Source: Caldisericum sp. CG2_30_36_11
GTDB lineage: Bacteria; Caldisericota; Caldisericia; Caldisericales; Caldisericaceae
Assembly (NCBI GenBank): GCA_001871575.1
Contig: MNXV01000075.1
Coordinates: forward strand, 1 to 58,003
Length of the DNA stretch: 58,003 bases
Direction: 5' to 3'
Of this stretch, positions 16,106 through 25,747 are shown in pieces. The position numbers were made by a program, and so were the translations under genes. Under the pieces are notes generated by a model that made no database searches, was not told where the DNA came from, and worked only from the letters and a program-made list of their open reading frames with translations. The number at the start of each line of letters is the position of its first letter. The stretch's first letter is position 1.

Positions 16106-17244
16106 GAATTTCTCCTTAAAAACTCATTTGCAATAATTATACCTAAATTATAAAATTCCCCAACTTCATCGATAGAAGTTATCTGTTTGAATGTAAATTT
16201 TTCAAGTATTTTTTCAAGATGAGTATAAATTTCAGTATATTTAATCCGGTTATTTAAAAAGCTTTCCACAAGAACCTCGTCTAATGCAACTATAACTGGC
16301 AGAAAATTTCCACCCTTTTTCGCATAGTCCAGTACAATATTAAAACCCGGGAATTTATCTAAATCCATTTCTTCAAATGTCAAACGTTTTAAACTATTTA
16401 AATTCAGTTGAGGTAATCCACTATTTATTCTATTTGGATATGTAATTGCAAATTCTAATGGAAAATACATCAAAGGTAAACTTAAAATTGCTTTCATAAT
16501 GCCGTCTTCAAATTCAACTATTGAGTGAACCACGCTTTCCCTGTGTATAACTACTTTTATTTTCTCATAAGGCACATTGAAAAGAAAATGAGCTTCGATT
16601 ACTTCAAATGCTTTATTAATAAGTGTAGAGGAATCTATAGTGATCTTCCTGCCCATCTTCCATTTCGGATGTTTAAGGGCTTCCTCTTTTTTTATATCAT
16701 CAAAAGTAGTTTTATTCCTGTCAAAAAAAGGACCACCTGAGGCGGTAAGGATTAAATTCCTGATTTCGTCTTTTCGCTCACCCCTCAAACATTGAAAAAT
16801 TGCAGATGGTTCGCTATCAATGGGAATAATGAATTTGCGAGCTTGATCAGAAAATAAAATTTCACCACCTGCAATTATTGACTCCTTATTCCCAATTCCT
16901 ACAAAATGCTCATTTGAAATCTGATTGTAAATGCTTCTTAACGAAGTTATCTTAGAAGAAAGGAATAGTGTCAAATCGGGAGAGGCATCTTCAAGGACTT
17001 GTTCGAGTTCGTTCTCTACATCAAAAATATAAGCTTTTTCAAACATTTCCTTAAGAGAATCTAAAATTTTAGTTGAAGCACCTACATATTTAGGTAAAAA
17101 ACTGCGTATTTGTTCACTTAAAATTTCTAAGTTATTAAATCCCGTAATCCCCACAACCTTGTAATTTTCTCCAAGAAGCTTTACAACTTCAAGGGCTTCT
17201 CTTCCTAAAAAGCCAGTGGAACCAACAACAAAGATACTCTTCAT
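16102..17244 (-). CDS. dxr: 1-deoxy-D-xylulose 5-phosphate reductoisomerase
   Basis: VVGSTGFLG NADPH-binding N-terminus, LTASGGPF and HPKWKMG motifs. Confidence 0.9.
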   Translation of the reverse strand: MKSIFVVGSTGFLGREALEVVKLLGENYKVVGITGFNNLEILSEQIRSFLPKYVGASTKILDSLKEMFEKAYIFDVENELEQVLEDASPDLTLFLSSKITSLRSIYNQISNEHFVGIGNKESIIAGGEILFSDQARKFIIPIDSEPSAIFQCLRGERKDEIRNLILTASGGPFFDRNKTTFDDIKKEEALKHPKWKMGRKITIDSSTLINKAFEVIEAHFLFNVPYEKIKVVIHRESVVHSIVEFEDGIMKAILSLPLMYFPLEFAITYPNRINSGLPQLNLNSLKRLTFEEMDLDKFPGFNIVLDYAKKGGNFLPVIVALDEVLVESFLNNRIKYTEIYTHLEKILEKFTFKQITSIDEVGEFYNLGIIIANEFLRRNS

Positions 17245-17939
17245 TTTACTCCGCCAAATCTTCTCTGCCGCTTGCCCATAAAATCATTAAGAATTGCAAT
17301 ATATTCTTCCTTTGAAAAATCTGGCCAATATGTATTGGTAAAGAAAAGTTCTGAATAAAAAGATTGGTAAAGAAGAAAATTGCTTAACCGTTTTTCTCCA
17401 CCAGTCCTTATAATAAGATCTGGATCAGGTTGGCCTTCTGTATACAAAAAATCTTCGAAAGATTTTTCATCAACATTGGCTCCTGATTTGCAAATCTTTC
17501 TTACGGCATTGATAATTTCTTCTCTACCACCATAATTCAACGCAACATTAAGGGTCATCCTGTTACATTTTGAGGTTTTATTAATTGAATAATCAACAAA
17601 CTTTCTTACAAAATACGGAAGGCCACTAATATTGCCAATAAAGTTTAATTTAACTGAATTTTCAACAAGTTCTGCTAAATAATTAGTAACTGCATCTACA
17701 AAAAGATTGAAAAGAAAATCAACCTCTGTTTTATCCCGTTTCCAGTTTTCTGTAGAAAAAGCATAAAGAGTAAGATATTTTATACCAAACTCTGCAGATG
17801 TTTGAGTTATTATTTTTACTACCTTTACTCCAGCTTTATGGCCTTCAATTCTTGGAAGATTTCTGCTTTGAGCCCACCTCCCATTCCCATCCATTATAAT
17901 CGCGACATGGCCAGGAACAGAAGAATTTTTAGGCATCAA
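17241..17939 (-). CDS. uppS: Isoprenyl transferase (undecaprenyl diphosphate synthase)
   Basis: HVAIIMDGNGRWA, FSTENWKR and RTGGEKRLSNFLL motifs. Confidence 0.92.
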   Translation of the reverse strand: MMPKNSSVPGHVAIIMDGNGRWAQSRNLPRIEGHKAGVKVVKIITQTSAEFGIKYLTLYAFSTENWKRDKTEVDFLFNLFVDAVTNYLAELVENSVKLNFIGNISGLPYFVRKFVDYSINKTSKCNRMTLNVALNYGGREEIINAVRKICKSGANVDEKSFEDFLYTEGQPDPDLIIRTGGEKRLSNFLLYQSFYSELFFTNTYWPDFSKEEYIAILNDFMGKRQRRFGGVK

Positions 17940-18499
17940 TCTTGTAGAATCTCCTTTTCTTTCTTTTCCAAATGACTATTTATTACTTCGACGTACTTTT
18001 CGGTAAATTCCTGGACTTTGTCTTGCATTCTAAACTTATCATCTTCAGAAATTTCTTTATTCTTTTCCATAGTCTTTATTTTTTCTATAGTGTTCCTTCT
18101 TATTGCTCTTATTTCTTCACGAAACTCCTCAGCCATTTTTTTGACCTGAGCAACTATTTTTTCTCTTTCTTCTTCGTCTAATTTAGGAAATGGAAGAGTT
18201 AAAACAGAGCCGTCATTCAGGGGAGTCACACCTAAATTTGCCTTTAAAATTGCCCTCTCTACTTCCTTAAAAAGCGTTTTATCCCAAGGTTCAACAAGAA
18301 GTACTCTTGGCTTTGGGGCTGTTATTGAAGCCACTTGTTTTAAAGGAAGTGTAGTTCCATATGCCTCCACTTTAACCGAATCAAGTAATTCCGGGGTAGT
18401 TCTTGAAGCCATAACTTTGGAAAAACCACGCTCCAATGCCTCTATGGCTTTTTTCATCTGATCTTCTACTTCTTTATAAAGGTTTTTTTCTAACTCCAT
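17936..18499 (-). CDS. frr: Ribosome recycling factor
   Basis: 187 aa, RRF family, conserved position after pyrH. Confidence 0.92.
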   Translation of the reverse strand: MELEKNLYKEVEDQMKKAIEALERGFSKVMASRTTPELLDSVKVEAYGTTLPLKQVASITAPKPRVLLVEPWDKTLFKEVERAILKANLGVTPLNDGSVLTLPFPKLDEEEREKIVAQVKKMAEEFREEIRAIRRNTIEKIKTMEKNKEISEDDKFRMQDKVQEFTEKYVEVINSHLEKKEKEILQD

Positions 18500-18501
18500 A
18501 T

Positions 18502-19227
18502 TTAACCCTCCTTTATAATGGTTCCTATTACTCCTTCGAGGATAGCTTTCAAAAGGTTATTTTTACCATTAATATTAAAAAGAATTATTGGTATATTGTA
18601 ATCCCTGCAAAGCGATACGGCAGTGGCATCCATTGCCTTTAGATTTCTTGAGAGGAATTTTGTATAAGAAATTTTGCTGTACCTCTTTGCATTTTTATTC
18701 TTTAAGGGGTCATCAGAGTAAATTGCATCAACTTTTGTTGCCTTAAAAATGGCATCTGCTTTGAGTTCTATAGCTCTCAATGCTGCAGTTGTGTCAGTTG
18801 TAAAGAATGGCAAACCAGTGCCTCCTGCAAAAATAATCACCCTTTGCTTTTTAAAATGAGAAAGGGCTTTTGCAAGAATAAAAGGCTCTGCAATTTCTAC
18901 CAGGCTTAAGGATGACATCACCCTTGCATCGATTCCTCTTGCAACAAGACTACCTTGAAGAGCAAGAGCATTTATTTCAGTAGCCAACATACCCATATAG
19001 TCCGCAGTAGCTCTATCTATATTTAGTTCCTCGCCTTCAGTACCTCTAAAAATGTTGCCTCCACCGATTACTATACCAATTTCAATACTTCGTTTCCACA
19101 AAACTACTAATTGATCAGCAATATTGTTCATAACTGAGACATCAATACCATAGCCCTTATCTCCAAGAAGAGCTTCTCCACTCAATTTTAAAATAATTCG
19201 CTTATAAGTCAGTAAATTAGTCTCCAA
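18502..19227 (-). CDS. pyrH: UMP kinase
   Basis: KRIILKLSGEAL and IVIGGGNIFRG motifs. Confidence 0.93.
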   Translation of the reverse strand: METNLLTYKRIILKLSGEALLGDKGYGIDVSVMNNIADQLVVLWKRSIEIGIVIGGGNIFRGTEGEELNIDRATADYMGMLATEINALALQGSLVARGIDARVMSSLSLVEIAEPFILAKALSHFKKQRVIIFAGGTGLPFFTTDTTAALRAIELKADAIFKATKVDAIYSDDPLKNKNAKRYSKISYTKFLSRNLKAMDATAVSLCRDYNIPIILFNINGKNNLLKAILEGVIGTIIKEG

Positions 19228-19804
19228 CCTTGAACCTCACAAATCGCCCAATGGTAATATTCTCACCAAATTTTGCAATATGCTCTTTTATCAGGTCTAA
19301 AATTGTAAATTTTTCATTTCTGATAAATGGAATTTCAAGCAAACAGCGTTCCTTGTAAAAGGTTTCAATTTTTCCTTCAATTATTTTGTCGATAACCTTT
19401 TCGGGCTTTCCCTCCTCTAAAAGTTGTTTCTTATAAATTTCCTTTTCTTTATTGATAACATCTTCAGAAACATCCTCTCGAGCAATGTATTCAGGTGCAG
19501 ACGCTGCAATCTGCAAAGCTATATCATTTGCCAAGTTTTTGAACTCATCGGTTCTTGCAACAAAATCTGTTTCACACTTAATTTCCACAAGGACCCCGAG
19601 CTGTGCACCAGGATGAATATAAGAAGAAACAATACCCTGACCCGTTACTCTTCCGCTTTTCTTGACTGCCTTAGCAATACCTTTTTCTCTCAATATCTCA
19701 GCAGCTTTTTCTATGTCTCCCTTTGCTTCTTCAAGAACTTTACTACAATCAGAAACCCCTGCACCTGTTCTTGCTCTCAATTCCTTAATAAGTTCTAAAT
19801 TCAT
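19217..19804 (-). CDS. tsf: Translation elongation factor Ts (short ~195-aa form)
   Basis: LRARTGAGVSDCSKVLEEA UBA-like N-terminus, CETDFVAR motif. Confidence 0.92.
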   Translation of the reverse strand: MNLELIKELRARTGAGVSDCSKVLEEAKGDIEKAAEILREKGIAKAVKKSGRVTGQGIVSSYIHPGAQLGVLVEIKCETDFVARTDEFKNLANDIALQIAASAPEYIAREDVSEDVINKEKEIYKKQLLEEGKPEKVIDKIIEGKIETFYKERCLLEIPFIRNEKFTILDLIKEHIAKFGENITIGRFVRFKVGD

Positions 19805-19824
19805 AAAAACACCTCTTTCAATTT

Positions 19825-20601
19825 TTACTTTTCTAAGTCTTTTACTTTAAGCTCTTCTTTTAAAATCTCTTCTGGATTTTCCTCTATCGGTTCAACTACT
19901 TGCTCACCGGTTTCAACTTTACCTTCTCTCCCTTCTATAACAGCATTTGCGATAAGGGAAGCAAAAAGCCTAATTGATCTTATTGCGTCATCATTTCCAG
20001 GAATTGGATAATCAATTTCCTCTGGATTTGAGTTAGAATCAACTACGCCAACTACAGGAATATTAAGTTTTCTTGATTCAAGGATAGCGCTTCTTTCCTT
20101 ATGGGTATCTGTGACAAAAACAGCTCCCGGAAGAAAACTCATATTTTTAAGGCCTCCAAAAAGTTTCCTTAACTTTGTAAGTTCTCTCTGTAATGCTACC
20201 TTTTCCTTAACAGAAATTGTATCAAAATACCCTTCAATCTCAAGCTTTTCTAACTCCTTGAGCCTATTCATACTTTTTCTAATAGTGTTAAAGTTAGTTA
20301 AGAGGCCGCCAACCCATCTTTCATTTACATAAAGCATCCCACATCTTTCTGCCTCTTCTCTTACAATATCCTGCGCCGCTTTCTTTGTACCAACAAAAAC
20401 AACTTTCATTCCTTGCTTGGAAATATCGACGACAAAGTTATAGGTTTCTTCAATTTTCTGAGCGGTAAGCCTTAAATCAAAAATGTGGATCCCATTTCTT
20501 TCAGCATAAATGTACTCCTTCATCCTGGGATCCCACCTCTTGGTCTGGTGACCAAAATGAGCTCCTGCTTCAAGCAGTTCTTTCATTGTTACTACAGCCA
20601 T
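19825..20601 (-). CDS. rpsB: 30S ribosomal protein S2
   Basis: LLEAGAHFGHQTKRWDPRM N-terminus, 258 aa. Confidence 0.95.
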   Translation of the reverse strand: MAVVTMKELLEAGAHFGHQTKRWDPRMKEYIYAERNGIHIFDLRLTAQKIEETYNFVVDISKQGMKVVFVGTKKAAQDIVREEAERCGMLYVNERWVGGLLTNFNTIRKSMNRLKELEKLEIEGYFDTISVKEKVALQRELTKLRKLFGGLKNMSFLPGAVFVTDTHKERSAILESRKLNIPVVGVVDSNSNPEEIDYPIPGNDDAIRSIRLFASLIANAVIEGREGKVETGEQVVEPIEENPEEILKEELKVKDLEK

Positions 20602-20627
20602 TAAACCCTCCTAAATAGTTTTTCCTC

Positions 20628-20681
20628 CCCTCTTTCATCTTTTCAGAGGCATAGATATGCACTTTCTGAAAATCCAGAGGG
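20628..20681 (-). promoter_or_regulatory. Hairpin in the rpsB 5' leader
   Basis: Nested inverted repeats CCCTCT/AGAGGG (20628-20633 with 20676-20681) and TTTTCAGA/TCTGAAAA (20640-20647 with 20665-20672). They lie 27-80 nt upstream of the rpsB ATG and downstream of the predicted promoter. Confidence 0.4.
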
Positions 20682-20693
20682 TGTGTTTTACAT

Positions 20694-20721
20694 ATTTTAA
20701 AGAAATACAATAAAAAATCAA
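20694..20721 (-). promoter_or_regulatory. Putative sigma70-type promoter of the rpsB-tsf operon
   Basis: Minus strand reads TTGATT-N16-TAAAAT. Confidence 0.45.
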
Positions 20722-20740
20722 GGAGTTAAAATACTTAAAA

Positions 20741-21919
20741 TTATTTATTAAAAATTTCTAAAGCGGCTTTCACATGAAACTCGACACCAATAGGAAGAAC
20801 GCTTTCATCGAAATCAAAGTACTGAGAATGGAGGGGTTTATCAAGGCCTCTTTCCTTATTCATAGAGCCAAGCCAGAAGAAGGCTCCAGGAACTTTTTGA
20901 AGAAAATATGCCATATCTTCGCCGCCCATTGAGATTGGAGCCTCTAAAATGTGTTCCTTGCCTACAATCAATTCTGCAATTCTTTTTACGAACTTAGTTC
21001 CTTCAGCCTGGTTAATAAGCGGTGGATATCCAAATTTATATTCCAACTCTGCACTACCTCTGTATGCTGAGGCAATATTCTTTATAATCCTTTCGATTTT
21101 GCCGGGAATAACTTCGGAAATTTTTCTATCGAGAGTTCTTACTGTTCCAAGCAACTCCGCTCTTTCTGGAATTACATTGAAAGCATCTCCAGAACTAATT
21201 TTGCCAACAGTTACCACAACGGGTTCAATAGGATTAATTTCACGTGAAACTACCGTCTGGAGCGAAAGCACAATGTTTGATGCAATTACAATTGGGTCAA
21301 CGCTTAAGTGAGGATAAGCAGCATGACCTCCATTTCCATCAATATTAATCTTAAAACTATCCGCCTCGGCCATAAAAACGCCTTCCTTTAAAGCAATGCT
21401 TCCTTTTTCAAACATATTGCCAAGGTGCATGCCAAATGCATAGTCCACATGTGGCTTTTCGAGGACACCCTCTTCGATCATTTCGATGGCACCACCAGGA
21501 TCCCTCTCTTCTGAGGGTTGAAATACAAATTTAACATTTCCTTTGAGTTTGTCCCTGTGCCTTGCTAAAACTTTTGCTGCTACTAAAAGCATAGCAACAT
21601 GACCATCATGTCCACATGCATGCATTACTCCAGGATTTCTCGACTTATATGAAATTTCATTTAATTCCTCAATAGGAAGTGCATCCATATCTGCCCTGAG
21701 GAGAACTGTTCGAGAGGGGTCTTTTCCATGAAGTATTCCAACAACACCAGTTTTTGCTATATTTGAGTGAACCTCAAGGCCAATTTCATTTAAATAATCT
21801 TTAATCAAAGAAGAAGTTTTAAATTCCTGGAATCCAATTTCAGGATTCATATGAACATTTCTTCTAATAGAAATTACTTCATCAGTGAAAAGTTCTATTT
21901 CTTCCTTTAAATCGGGCAT
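20741..21919 (-). CDS. M20D-family amidohydrolase (N-acyl-L-amino acid amidohydrolase/hippuricase-like)
   Basis: HACGHDGH, FQPSEE and GGEDMAYF motifs. Start set at ATG 21919 (MPDLKEE), which follows GGAGG. Confidence 0.8.
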   Translation of the reverse strand: MPDLKEEIELFTDEVISIRRNVHMNPEIGFQEFKTSSLIKDYLNEIGLEVHSNIAKTGVVGILHGKDPSRTVLLRADMDALPIEELNEISYKSRNPGVMHACGHDGHVAMLLVAAKVLARHRDKLKGNVKFVFQPSEERDPGGAIEMIEEGVLEKPHVDYAFGMHLGNMFEKGSIALKEGVFMAEADSFKINIDGNGGHAAYPHLSVDPIVIASNIVLSLQTVVSREINPIEPVVVTVGKISSGDAFNVIPERAELLGTVRTLDRKISEVIPGKIERIIKNIASAYRGSAELEYKFGYPPLINQAEGTKFVKRIAELIVGKEHILEAPISMGGEDMAYFLQKVPGAFFWLGSMNKERGLDKPLHSQYFDFDESVLPIGVEFHVKAALEIFNK

Positions 21920-21983
21920 AGAAACCTCCAATAAGTTTATCAACATATAAAGTGATTATAAAACTAACTCGGTGAATATAAAC

Positions 21984-23405
21984 TTACTCACCATTGTTTG
22001 TGATAATATTATAATGTCTTAATTTATTAAAAAGTGATTTCCTTGAGATTCCAAGCATTTTTGCTGCTTTTGTTTTATTGCCTTGAGAAACTTCAAGTGC
22101 TTTTAGTATTTCATGTCTTTCTATCTTTTCAATAAGTTCCGGGAGAGGGGTTACCTCATCAGGTTCAATAACATTTGAATGCGTTTTTTCAATGTTTATG
22201 CTTTCATTCTTCTCTTCTTCGGTTTTAAAATGGTCTATTAGTTCTTTCGAAAGATGTTCTTTTGTAATAAAAGGAGCCGACGTGACTATCACTCCTCTTG
22301 CAATAACATTTTCAAGTTCTCTAACATTACCAGGCCAGTCATAATCCATAAACATTTCGAGAGCCTCTTTATCCGCTCCTTGCGCTGACTTATTGTATTT
22401 TTTTGAGTATTTGGCAACGAAATAAGAAACTAAAAGAGGAATATCTTCTTTTCTATCACGCAAAGGCGGGATTGTTATTGTTACAACATTAAGTCTGTAA
22501 TATAAATCTTCTCTAAATTCTCCATTTTTAACAAGTTCTTCAAGGTTTCTATTCGTTGCTGCAATGACTCTGACGTCTGAAGTAATAGTTTCTGTACTGC
22601 CGACACGATTAAAAGTTTTTTCTTGAAGTACTCTTAAGAGCTTTGACTGTAAATTCAAACTCATATCTTCAATTTCATCAAGAAATATTGTGCCGTTAGA
22701 AGCAGCTTCAAACTTACCAATATGCCTTGAAATCGCATCGGTGAATGCTCCCTTTTCATGTCCAAAGAGTTCTGATTCAAGTAGCGATTCGGGAATCGCA
22801 GCACAATTAACGATAATAAAAGGTTTATCCTTCCTGTTGCTATGAAGGTATATTGCTTTTGCAAAAAGTTCTTTGCCAGTACCACTTTCGCCTCTTAAAA
22901 GAACAGTTGCATCAGAGCCTGTCACTCTCCCAACTTCCTTATAAACTTCCTGCATTGCCAAGGAATCGCCTATAATTTCGTCTTCCGTGTAATCAAAAGT
23001 CCGCTTTTTGTTTTTGATACTTAGTGTTATTTTTCTTAAATCTATTGCCTTTTTCACTTTTATCTTGAGTTCTTCTACATCAAATGGCTTGGTAAGATAA
23101 TCATATGCCCCCTTTTTCATGGCTTTTATTGCAAGATCAGAGCTTCCATAGGCCGTCAAAAATATCACTGGCAAATCAGGAGAAATTTCTTTTATCTTTA
23201 AAAAAGCTTCCAGACCATCTAAAACAGGCATCCGTACATCAAGAAGGGCGCAATCAATATTATATTTAGAAACGGTATTTACAGCTTTTTCACCATCTTC
23301 AGCAACAATTACTTCATAGCCATCATCTTCTAAGATCTCTTTGAGCAAAACTCTTACATTTCTTTCATCATCTGCTACCATTACTGTATATTTATTAAGC
23401 TGCAT
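21984..23405 (-). CDS. Sigma54-dependent response regulator (receiver-AAA+-HTH, NtrC/AtoC family)
   Basis: Receiver domain (DDE...D...K), Walker A GESGTGKE, Walker B FLDEIE, ESELFGHEKGAFTDA loop, C-terminal Fis-type HTH. Confidence 0.88.
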   Translation of the reverse strand: MQLNKYTVMVADDERNVRVLLKEILEDDGYEVIVAEDGEKAVNTVSKYNIDCALLDVRMPVLDGLEAFLKIKEISPDLPVIFLTAYGSSDLAIKAMKKGAYDYLTKPFDVEELKIKVKKAIDLRKITLSIKNKKRTFDYTEDEIIGDSLAMQEVYKEVGRVTGSDATVLLRGESGTGKELFAKAIYLHSNRKDKPFIIVNCAAIPESLLESELFGHEKGAFTDAISRHIGKFEAASNGTIFLDEIEDMSLNLQSKLLRVLQEKTFNRVGSTETITSDVRVIAATNRNLEELVKNGEFREDLYYRLNVVTITIPPLRDRKEDIPLLVSYFVAKYSKKYNKSAQGADKEALEMFMDYDWPGNVRELENVIARGVIVTSAPFITKEHLSKELIDHFKTEEEKNESINIEKTHSNVIEPDEVTPLPELIEKIERHEILKALEVSQGNKTKAAKMLGISRKSLFNKLRHYNIITNNGE

Positions 23406-24786
23406 TGTGAGCTCCTAAGGGCAAGATTATTCTAAAAGTAGTTCCTTCACCTTTTTTACTTTCTACTTCGATTTTTCCACCATGCTGAGCCGCCACCTTA
23501 TAAGCGATTGCAAGGCCAAGGCCTGTACCTTCTGCTTTAGTTGTGTAAAAGGGAACAAAAAGGTTTTTTATTTCTTCTTCATCCATTCCCAAACCTGTAT
23601 CTTTAATCTCGGTGATAACAGAATCGCTATCTTTCCTTGCAATGATGCTTAACTCACCTTTTCCATCCATCGCCTGAATACTATTTATAACAAGATTCAG
23701 AAAGAGCTCTTCGAGTTTCTTTTCATCTCCATTTATTATAATGTCATCACAATTTTTAACGAAAGCAATTTGTGTTTTAGCGGCGTATTGTTTACCCATC
23801 TCAATAATGTGGTCAAAAAATAGACTTAAATTAAAATCAATTCTTTCTAATTGAGAGGGCCTTCCAAAGCGGAGTAGATCATTAACAACTCCGGTTAGCC
23901 TTTCGGTCTCAGACAAAATGGGCTTAATATATTTCTCCTCTTCTTTACCCTGGAGCTTCTTTCGAAGAATTTGTGCAAAGCCTTTTATAGAGGTTAGGGG
24001 GTTTCTTACTTCATGAACAACACCAACGGTAAACATACCAAGGCTTTTTAGCGATTCCGTTTTTTGCATTTCTTCAACATTTTTCTTCAAATGTTCAGCC
24101 ATAATATTTATAGAAGAAGCAATATCACCTATTTCACCGCCCGATTTTTGAAACCTGAAATCAAGATTATTTTCAAGAAGTTTAAGCCCTTTCCTAATTT
24201 TTATTATTTTCATCGTAAAAATGGATGTTATAATTAATACCAATAAAATAGCTATAATGGCTGAATAGACAATAATCCTATTTATATCCTCACGAATTTG
24301 ATTAAGAGGCTTTAAAATGACTGAGTAAGGTTCATCTACAAATATGTACCCTCCACCATTTCCTATATTTACGGGTTCCACTACAGTAACTTTTTTATCA
24401 AACCTATATTGCTCAGAGTTGTTGTTATATACTATCGAACTATTTAATACAGGAATAAAATATCCAAATTCAAGTTCAGGAAAATTTTTAATAAAGTTAT
24501 TGTAATAATCTTCAAAAACAGGTTTAAGGAAAGTTTTAATTAATACATTCTGCTGCTCTGGTGTTAAGTTCGCATAGTTCCTTGCAATTGATTCAGCAAA
24601 GTACATTTTATCAAAGCGTTCTGAAAGTTGATTCGCAACAACAGTAATTCTTTTAGTCTCAATATCAAAAATTCCCTTTTGAACATTATTTAGAACAATG
24701 GAAGTTATAAAAACTGTATTCAATATTACGAATAGTACAAGTACTAAAGTAAGCTGAAATCTTATTGACTGAAAAAATCTTTTCAT
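23395..24786 (-). CDS. Sensor histidine kinase (two TM helices, extracytoplasmic sensor domain, HisKA + HATPase_c)
   Basis: H-box HEVRNPL, N-box NLVINSIQAM, G-boxes DTGLGM and GTGLGL. Overlaps the regulator gene by 11 nt. Confidence 0.85.
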   Translation of the reverse strand: MKRFFQSIRFQLTLVLVLFVILNTVFITSIVLNNVQKGIFDIETKRITVVANQLSERFDKMYFAESIARNYANLTPEQQNVLIKTFLKPVFEDYYNNFIKNFPELEFGYFIPVLNSSIVYNNNSEQYRFDKKVTVVEPVNIGNGGGYIFVDEPYSVILKPLNQIREDINRIIVYSAIIAILLVLIITSIFTMKIIKIRKGLKLLENNLDFRFQKSGGEIGDIASSINIMAEHLKKNVEEMQKTESLKSLGMFTVGVVHEVRNPLTSIKGFAQILRKKLQGKEEEKYIKPILSETERLTGVVNDLLRFGRPSQLERIDFNLSLFFDHIIEMGKQYAAKTQIAFVKNCDDIIINGDEKKLEELFLNLVINSIQAMDGKGELSIIARKDSDSVITEIKDTGLGMDEEEIKNLFVPFYTTKAEGTGLGLAIAYKVAAQHGGKIEVESKKGEGTTFRIILPLGAHNAA

Positions 24787-24787
24787 A

Positions 24788-25747
24788 TCAAACAGACACT
24801 TCCTCTATAATTTTATAAAGAGAGCTGTTGATATCCTTTTGTTTTGTTACAGCATCTTCAGCAGGTATTAAAACAATTTGATTATCCTTTATACCAACAA
24901 CCTTACCGGTCCCACCTTGAATAAGCTCTGTTAATGCTCTTTCAGCAAAAAGTGTTGCAATAATCCTGTCAAACCGAGTAGGTGAACCACCCCTCTGGAT
25001 ATATCCAAGTACCGAAACCCTAATTTCGATATCAAGGCGGCTTTTTATAATTTGTTCAAGGTCTCTAGCATGTATTGCACCTTCTGCACATACAATTAAG
25101 TGATGAAGCTTCTTTTTTTCCATTCCTTCCTTAATGTTTTTGATAATTTTTCCGATGTCAAACCTTACTTCAGGTATTAAAACAATGTCAGCGCCTGTTG
25201 CAATAGCAGAGTCAATAGCAATAAAGCCTCTATCTCTACCCATCACTTCAACTATAAAAGATCTTGCATGCGATGTGGCTACATCACGTATTTTATCGAT
25301 AGCTTGTATAGCATTATTCACTGCTGTATCAAATCCAATCGTATAATCTGTACCCCAAAGGTCATTATCAATTGTTGAAGCAACTCCCATCACAGGAAAG
25401 TCTTTCTTCGATAAAGCAAAATTACCGCTTTGAGAACCGTTACCACCAATTACTATAAGTCCTTCTATATGTTCACTTTTAAAATTTTCGATAGCTTTTT
25501 CCTGAATTTCTTCGGATTTAAACTCGTCTGTTCTACTCGTAAGCAAGACTGTTCCACCTTTTTCAAGTAAACCACTCACATCTCTGGGAAGCAATGGATT
25601 AAAATTCTTTTCTATCAATCCTCTGAAGCCGCCACGAACTCCTATCACCTCAATATTTCTCGAAAAGCCAATTCTTACAACGCTTCTTATTGCAGCATTC
25701 ATCCCTGGTGCGTCTCCACCTGATGTTAAAACAGCTATTCTCTTCAT
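24788..25747 (-). CDS. pfkA: 6-phosphofructokinase, ATP-PFK-like paralog with an atypical GGNGS motif
   Basis: TSGGDAPGMNAAIR, TIDNDL, VMGRDRG and YIQRGG motifs. 319 aa. Confidence 0.8.
   Translation of the reverse strand: MKRIAVLTSGGDAPGMNAAIRSVVRIGFSRNIEVIGVRGGFRGLIEKNFNPLLPRDVSGLLEKGGTVLLTSRTDEFKSEEIQEKAIENFKSEHIEGLIVIGGNGSQSGNFALSKKDFPVMGVASTIDNDLWGTDYTIGFDTAVNNAIQAIDKIRDVATSHARSFIVEVMGRDRGFIAIDSAIATGADIVLIPEVRFDIGKIIKNIKEGMEKKKLHHLIVCAEGAIHARDLEQIIKSRLDIEIRVSVLGYIQRGGSPTRFDRIIATLFAERALTELIQGGTGKVVGIKDNQIVLIPAEDAVTKQKDINSSLYKIIEEVSV

Noticed and set aside
17241-17244. Departures from the common low-GC Gram-positive synteny. There is no cdsA between uppS and dxr. acyP stands where folD-xseA-xseB usually sit between nusB and ispA. 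proS is detached from the rseP cluster.
   Set aside because: These are ordinary lineage-specific rearrangements of housekeeping genes, and nothing in the junction sequences suggests a novel element.
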